Origin: Thermodesulfobacteriota bacterium
GTDB lineage: Bacteria; Desulfobacterota_D; UBA1144
DNA length: 64,000 nt
Assembly: GCA_030835345.1 (NCBI GenBank)
Contig: JAURPH010000006.1
Coordinates: 703 to 64,702 of the forward strand
Reading direction: 5' to 3'
Every line of letters begins with the position of its first letter. Positions within the stretch are counted from its first letter, which is position 1. A model generated the notes under the pieces. That model saw only the letters and a program-made list of their open reading frames with translations, ran no database searches and was not told where the DNA came from. Positions 61,235-64,000 of the stretch are shown here, piece after piece. The translations under genes and the position numbers were made by a program.

Positions 61235-62623
61235 ATGGCTAATAAAGTATTAAATGTAGTTTTAATGTGTGCTGGTAAAAGCTCGAGGCTTGGTTTGAAT
61301 TTGCCCAAGGTTATTTTGCCAATTAATGGTAAATCTCTTCTTGAAAGAACAATTAAAACATTACAAAACCTAAAGCCTAAAAAAATAATTTTAGTTGTTG
61401 GATTTAAAAAAGACCTTGTAATTGATTTGATAAAATCTTTAAACTTTAGAAATATTTATATTGTTGAACAAAAAAAACAGCTTGGAACAGGAGATGCAGT
61501 AAAAAAAGCTATTTCCAAGGTAGATTTGAATTCGCAACTTCTTGTATTAAATGGTGATACTCCATTCGTTGATTTAGATACCATTAAAAGATCTATAAGA
61601 GACTTTAATAAAAAAAATTTAGACCTCAATTTTGCTACAACTAAGCCGAGAGACCCTTTTGGGTATGGGAGAATATTTAGATCAAAAAATAGGAAAATCG
61701 AAAGAATAATTGAAGAAAAAGATTGTAACGATGAGCAGAGAGAGATTAACGAGGTCAATTCAGGCTTGTATTTATTCAAGACTTCAAGCTTAAAAAAATT
61801 TTTACCTGAGATGCCCAAAAGAAACGGCTCAGAATATTATTTAACAGATTTAATTGAGATTTTTTCAAGGAATAATAAAAAAATTACTACAACACAAGTT
61901 AAAGATGACAGAAGATTCCTTAACATTAATACCATTGATGATTATAGAAAAGCACATGAGTTAGATAAGATATTTTTTTATGAGGAATGCATTAAAAAAA
62001 ATATTTTATTAAAAGATCCCTTTTCTATTGTTATAGATGAAGATGTAAATATATCAAAAGATGTTTCAATTGGTCCCAATGTACAGATAACAGGTGAATC
62101 AATAATCAAGGAAGGTGTTGTAATTGAGGGGAATTGTTTAATTAATAGCTCTAAAATTGGTTCAAAAACATTAATAAAGCCTTTTGTTTCTATTGATAAT
62201 TCTGTTGTTGGCAATGATTGCCAACTAGGGCCGTTTTCCAATCTCAGACCAGATAGCATCATATCCGATCAAGTTAAAATTGGTAATTATGTCGAGATTA
62301 AAAAGAGTAATATTGGTAATAAGTCAAAAATACCTCATTTATCTTATATCGGTGACACTGATATGGGCTCAAAAGTTAATATAGGGGCAGGTTCAATAAC
62401 TTGTAATTATGATGGTTTTGATAAACATAAAACTACTATTGAAGATGAGGTTTTTGTTGGTAGTAATACTATGATGGTAGCCCCTGTGACATTGGGTAAG
62501 AAGTCTACTACAGGTGCAGGCACTGTACTTTCAAAAAATTTATCCGAAAATACACTTGGAATAACAAGAGTAAAAGAGAAGCAAATTCCAAACTGGAATA
62601 GGAAGCCAAAAATTAAAAAATAA
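61235..62623 (+). CDS. glmU: Bifunctional UDP-N-acetylglucosamine pyrophosphorylase / glucosamine-1-phosphate N-acetyltransferase
   Basis: N-terminal nucleotidyltransferase MCAGKSSRLG. C-terminal left-handed beta-helix hexapeptide repeats. 462 aa. Confidence 0.9.
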   Translation: MANKVLNVVLMCAGKSSRLGLNLPKVILPINGKSLLERTIKTLQNLKPKKIILVVGFKKDLVIDLIKSLNFRNIYIVEQKKQLGTGDAVKKAISKVDLNSQLLVLNGDTPFVDLDTIKRSIRDFNKKNLDLNFATTKPRDPFGYGRIFRSKNRKIERIIEEKDCNDEQREINEVNSGLYLFKTSSLKKFLPEMPKRNGSEYYLTDLIEIFSRNNKKITTTQVKDDRRFLNINTIDDYRKAHELDKIFFYEECIKKNILLKDPFSIVIDEDVNISKDVSIGPNVQITGESIIKEGVVIEGNCLINSSKIGSKTLIKPFVSIDNSVVGNDCQLGPFSNLRPDSIISDQVKIGNYVEIKKSNIGNKSKIPHLSYIGDTDMGSKVNIGAGSITCNYDGFDKHKTTIEDEVFVGSNTMMVAPVTLGKKSTTGAGTVLSKNLSENTLGITRVKEKQIPNWNRKPKIKK

Positions 62624-64000
62624 TGTGTGGAATATATACAACTTTCTCCGATAAACCTGTCAGTTCCTCAAAGTTTTTAGTTTCACTTAAGGATCTTGAA
62701 TATAGAGGATATGACTCTGCTGGAATAACTTTTTTTTCTGGTTCAAAATATAAAACCTTTAAAACATTAAAGAAAATATCTGATTTAGAGACAAAAGTTC
62801 CAAAGTCTGAAAAATCTAAAATAATAATAGGCCATACTAGGTGGGCAACACACGGCAAGCCGTCAATAAAGAATTCACACCCTCATGTTATAAAAGATTT
62901 AGCGATTGTTCACAATGGTGTTGTTGAAAATTTTGATGACTTAAAAAAGAATAAGTATTTGTCTTCTTATGAATTCAAAACTGAAACTGATACAGAGATA
63001 ATTTTATTATTAATCCATCATTTTTGTAAAAAATTATCTTTAAAAGACTCAGTGTTAAAAACATCAAAACTTATTAAAGGTTCCAATGCTTTTATTTGCT
63101 CTAAAATAAATTCTGATAAAAAAGAAATGGTTGCTTATAAAAATAACACTCCACTTTATTTTGGGATTAAATCAAATGGAGAAAGGGTTTTTTCTTCTGA
63201 TTTAAATAGTATGAAGAAGAGTTTAAAGGGATATTATTATTTAGAAAATAATGAAATTTTTCATTTAGAAGAGAATAGGGAGTCTTTATTCTCAAAGGAT
63301 TCAAAAAGGAAGAAAATTGATTTAAAAAATGTTGAGTTAAAAAAAAGAACAAGTAAGAGAAAAATTAAGGACTCCATTACTTACTCTGAAATAAAAGAGC
63401 AAAAGTCTTACATTCTCAGATTAAAAAAAATAATATTAAAAATTCAAAAAAAAATCAACGCAATTAGAAAACCGTCCGAAATAGTAATCATAGGATGTGG
63501 ATCATCATATAATGTTGGTAATCTTGGTAAGATTTTTATCGAAAAAAATTCAAAAATCCCAGCAACTGTTTTTAGACCATCTGAATATTTCCCTGTTAGC
63601 GATAACAACAATAAATTATTCATCTTTATTTCGCAAAGTGGAGAAACAGCTGATGTATGCTCACTATTAGAGTCAAACCAATCACATTTTAAAAATTCAT
63701 TATCAATAGTTAATAATAATGATTCTAGACTTGTTAGAGACACTAGTTCAAGTATTAATCTTGATGCAGGAATAGAAAAAGGAGTTGCTGCCACAAAAAC
63801 TTTTACCGCACAAACCATGATCTTATATGTAATATCTAAAGTACTTGGAAATAAAAATATAAAGATCAAAGATTTTTCATACATTAAAGAAAATCTAATA
63901 AATAAAATTTTCAGATTAGAAGATAATATTAAAAATATATCTAAAAAGTATAGTAAGTTTAAAAATCTTTTTGTTCTTGGCAGAAATTATAACTTTCCAA
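62623..64000 (+). CDS. glmS: Glutamine--fructose-6-phosphate aminotransferase (partial; continues beyond window)
   Basis: MCGIYTT nucleophile Cys. RGYDSAGI. SIS-domain motifs ISQSGETADV, AATKTFTAQ and LGRNYNFP. The frame is open to the window end. The start ATG shares 1 nt with the glmU stop (TAATG). Confidence 0.9.
   Translation, partial: MCGIYTTFSDKPVSSSKFLVSLKDLEYRGYDSAGITFFSGSKYKTFKTLKKISDLETKVPKSEKSKIIIGHTRWATHGKPSIKNSHPHVIKDLAIVHNGVVENFDDLKKNKYLSSYEFKTETDTEIILLLIHHFCKKLSLKDSVLKTSKLIKGSNAFICSKINSDKKEMVAYKNNTPLYFGIKSNGERVFSSDLNSMKKSLKGYYYLENNEIFHLEENRESLFSKDSKRKKIDLKNVELKKRTSKRKIKDSITYSEIKEQKSYILRLKKIILKIQKKINAIRKPSEIVIIGCGSSYNVGNLGKIFIEKNSKIPATVFRPSEYFPVSDNNNKLFIFISQSGETADVCSLLESNQSHFKNSLSIVNNNDSRLVRDTSSSINLDAGIEKGVAATKTFTAQTMILYVISKVLGNKNIKIKDFSYIKENLINKIFRLEDNIKNISKKYSKFKNLFVLGRNYNFP

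Noticed and set aside
62560-62640. glmS ribozyme upstream of glmS
   Set aside because: glmS starts on the last nucleotide of the glmU stop (TAATG), so there is no 5' UTR to hold a ribozyme.
62613-63884. Three minus-strand ORFs (81, 61, 146 aa) inside glmS
   Set aside because: They are antisense artefacts of an AT-rich coding region. The plus strand carries an uninterrupted GlmS with all hallmark motifs.

Overview
This is a 64-kb window of very AT-rich (~30% GC), densely packed bacterial chromosome. About 97% of it is coding. Many neighbouring genes overlap by 1-4 nt (TAATG and ATGA junctions), and divergent gene pairs are often separated by only 0-50 nt.

The content is almost entirely core housekeeping. 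The conserved block runs tRNA(Thr-Tyr-Gly-Thr) - rpmG - tRNA-Trp - secE - nusG - rplKAJL - rpoBC, followed by valS. Other calls are:
- purF-purL, pyrB-pyrC, lysS-lolCD-bamA-skp-fabZ
- ligA, recN, rel, lepB, gmk, era, aspS, mnmA, hisIE, rpoZ, ssb
- glmU-glmS (glmS runs off the 3' end of the window)

The cell is a diderm (BamA, Skp and LolCDE are all present). Subunit sizes (RpoB 1386 aa, RpoC 1359 aa), the rpmG-tRNATrp-secE order and two archaeal-type enzymes (PdaD, ApgM) fit a streamlined deltaproteobacteria-like marine lineage. I cannot assign taxonomy from the sequence alone. The standard genetic code is in use.

I found no mobile elements, CRISPR array, toxin-antitoxin pair or recognisable defence system.

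The items I consider worth follow-up:
- a tandem pair of divergent paralogues encoding an atypical split FmdB-like zinc ribbon (57919-59013), with an adjacent small gene translationally coupled to hisIE
- two small genes below the 60-aa cut-off of the ORF track: a 57-aa CDGSH iron-sulfur mini-protein (4672-4845) and ribosomal protein L33 (34419-34580), whose stop codon overlaps the first 2 nt of tRNA-Trp
- a Nudix hydrolase fused to an unrecognised C-terminal domain
- loss of the classical L1/L10 leaders and of lpxD/lpxA from their conserved positions

Everything is inferred by eye from motifs and gene order. No database search was run.
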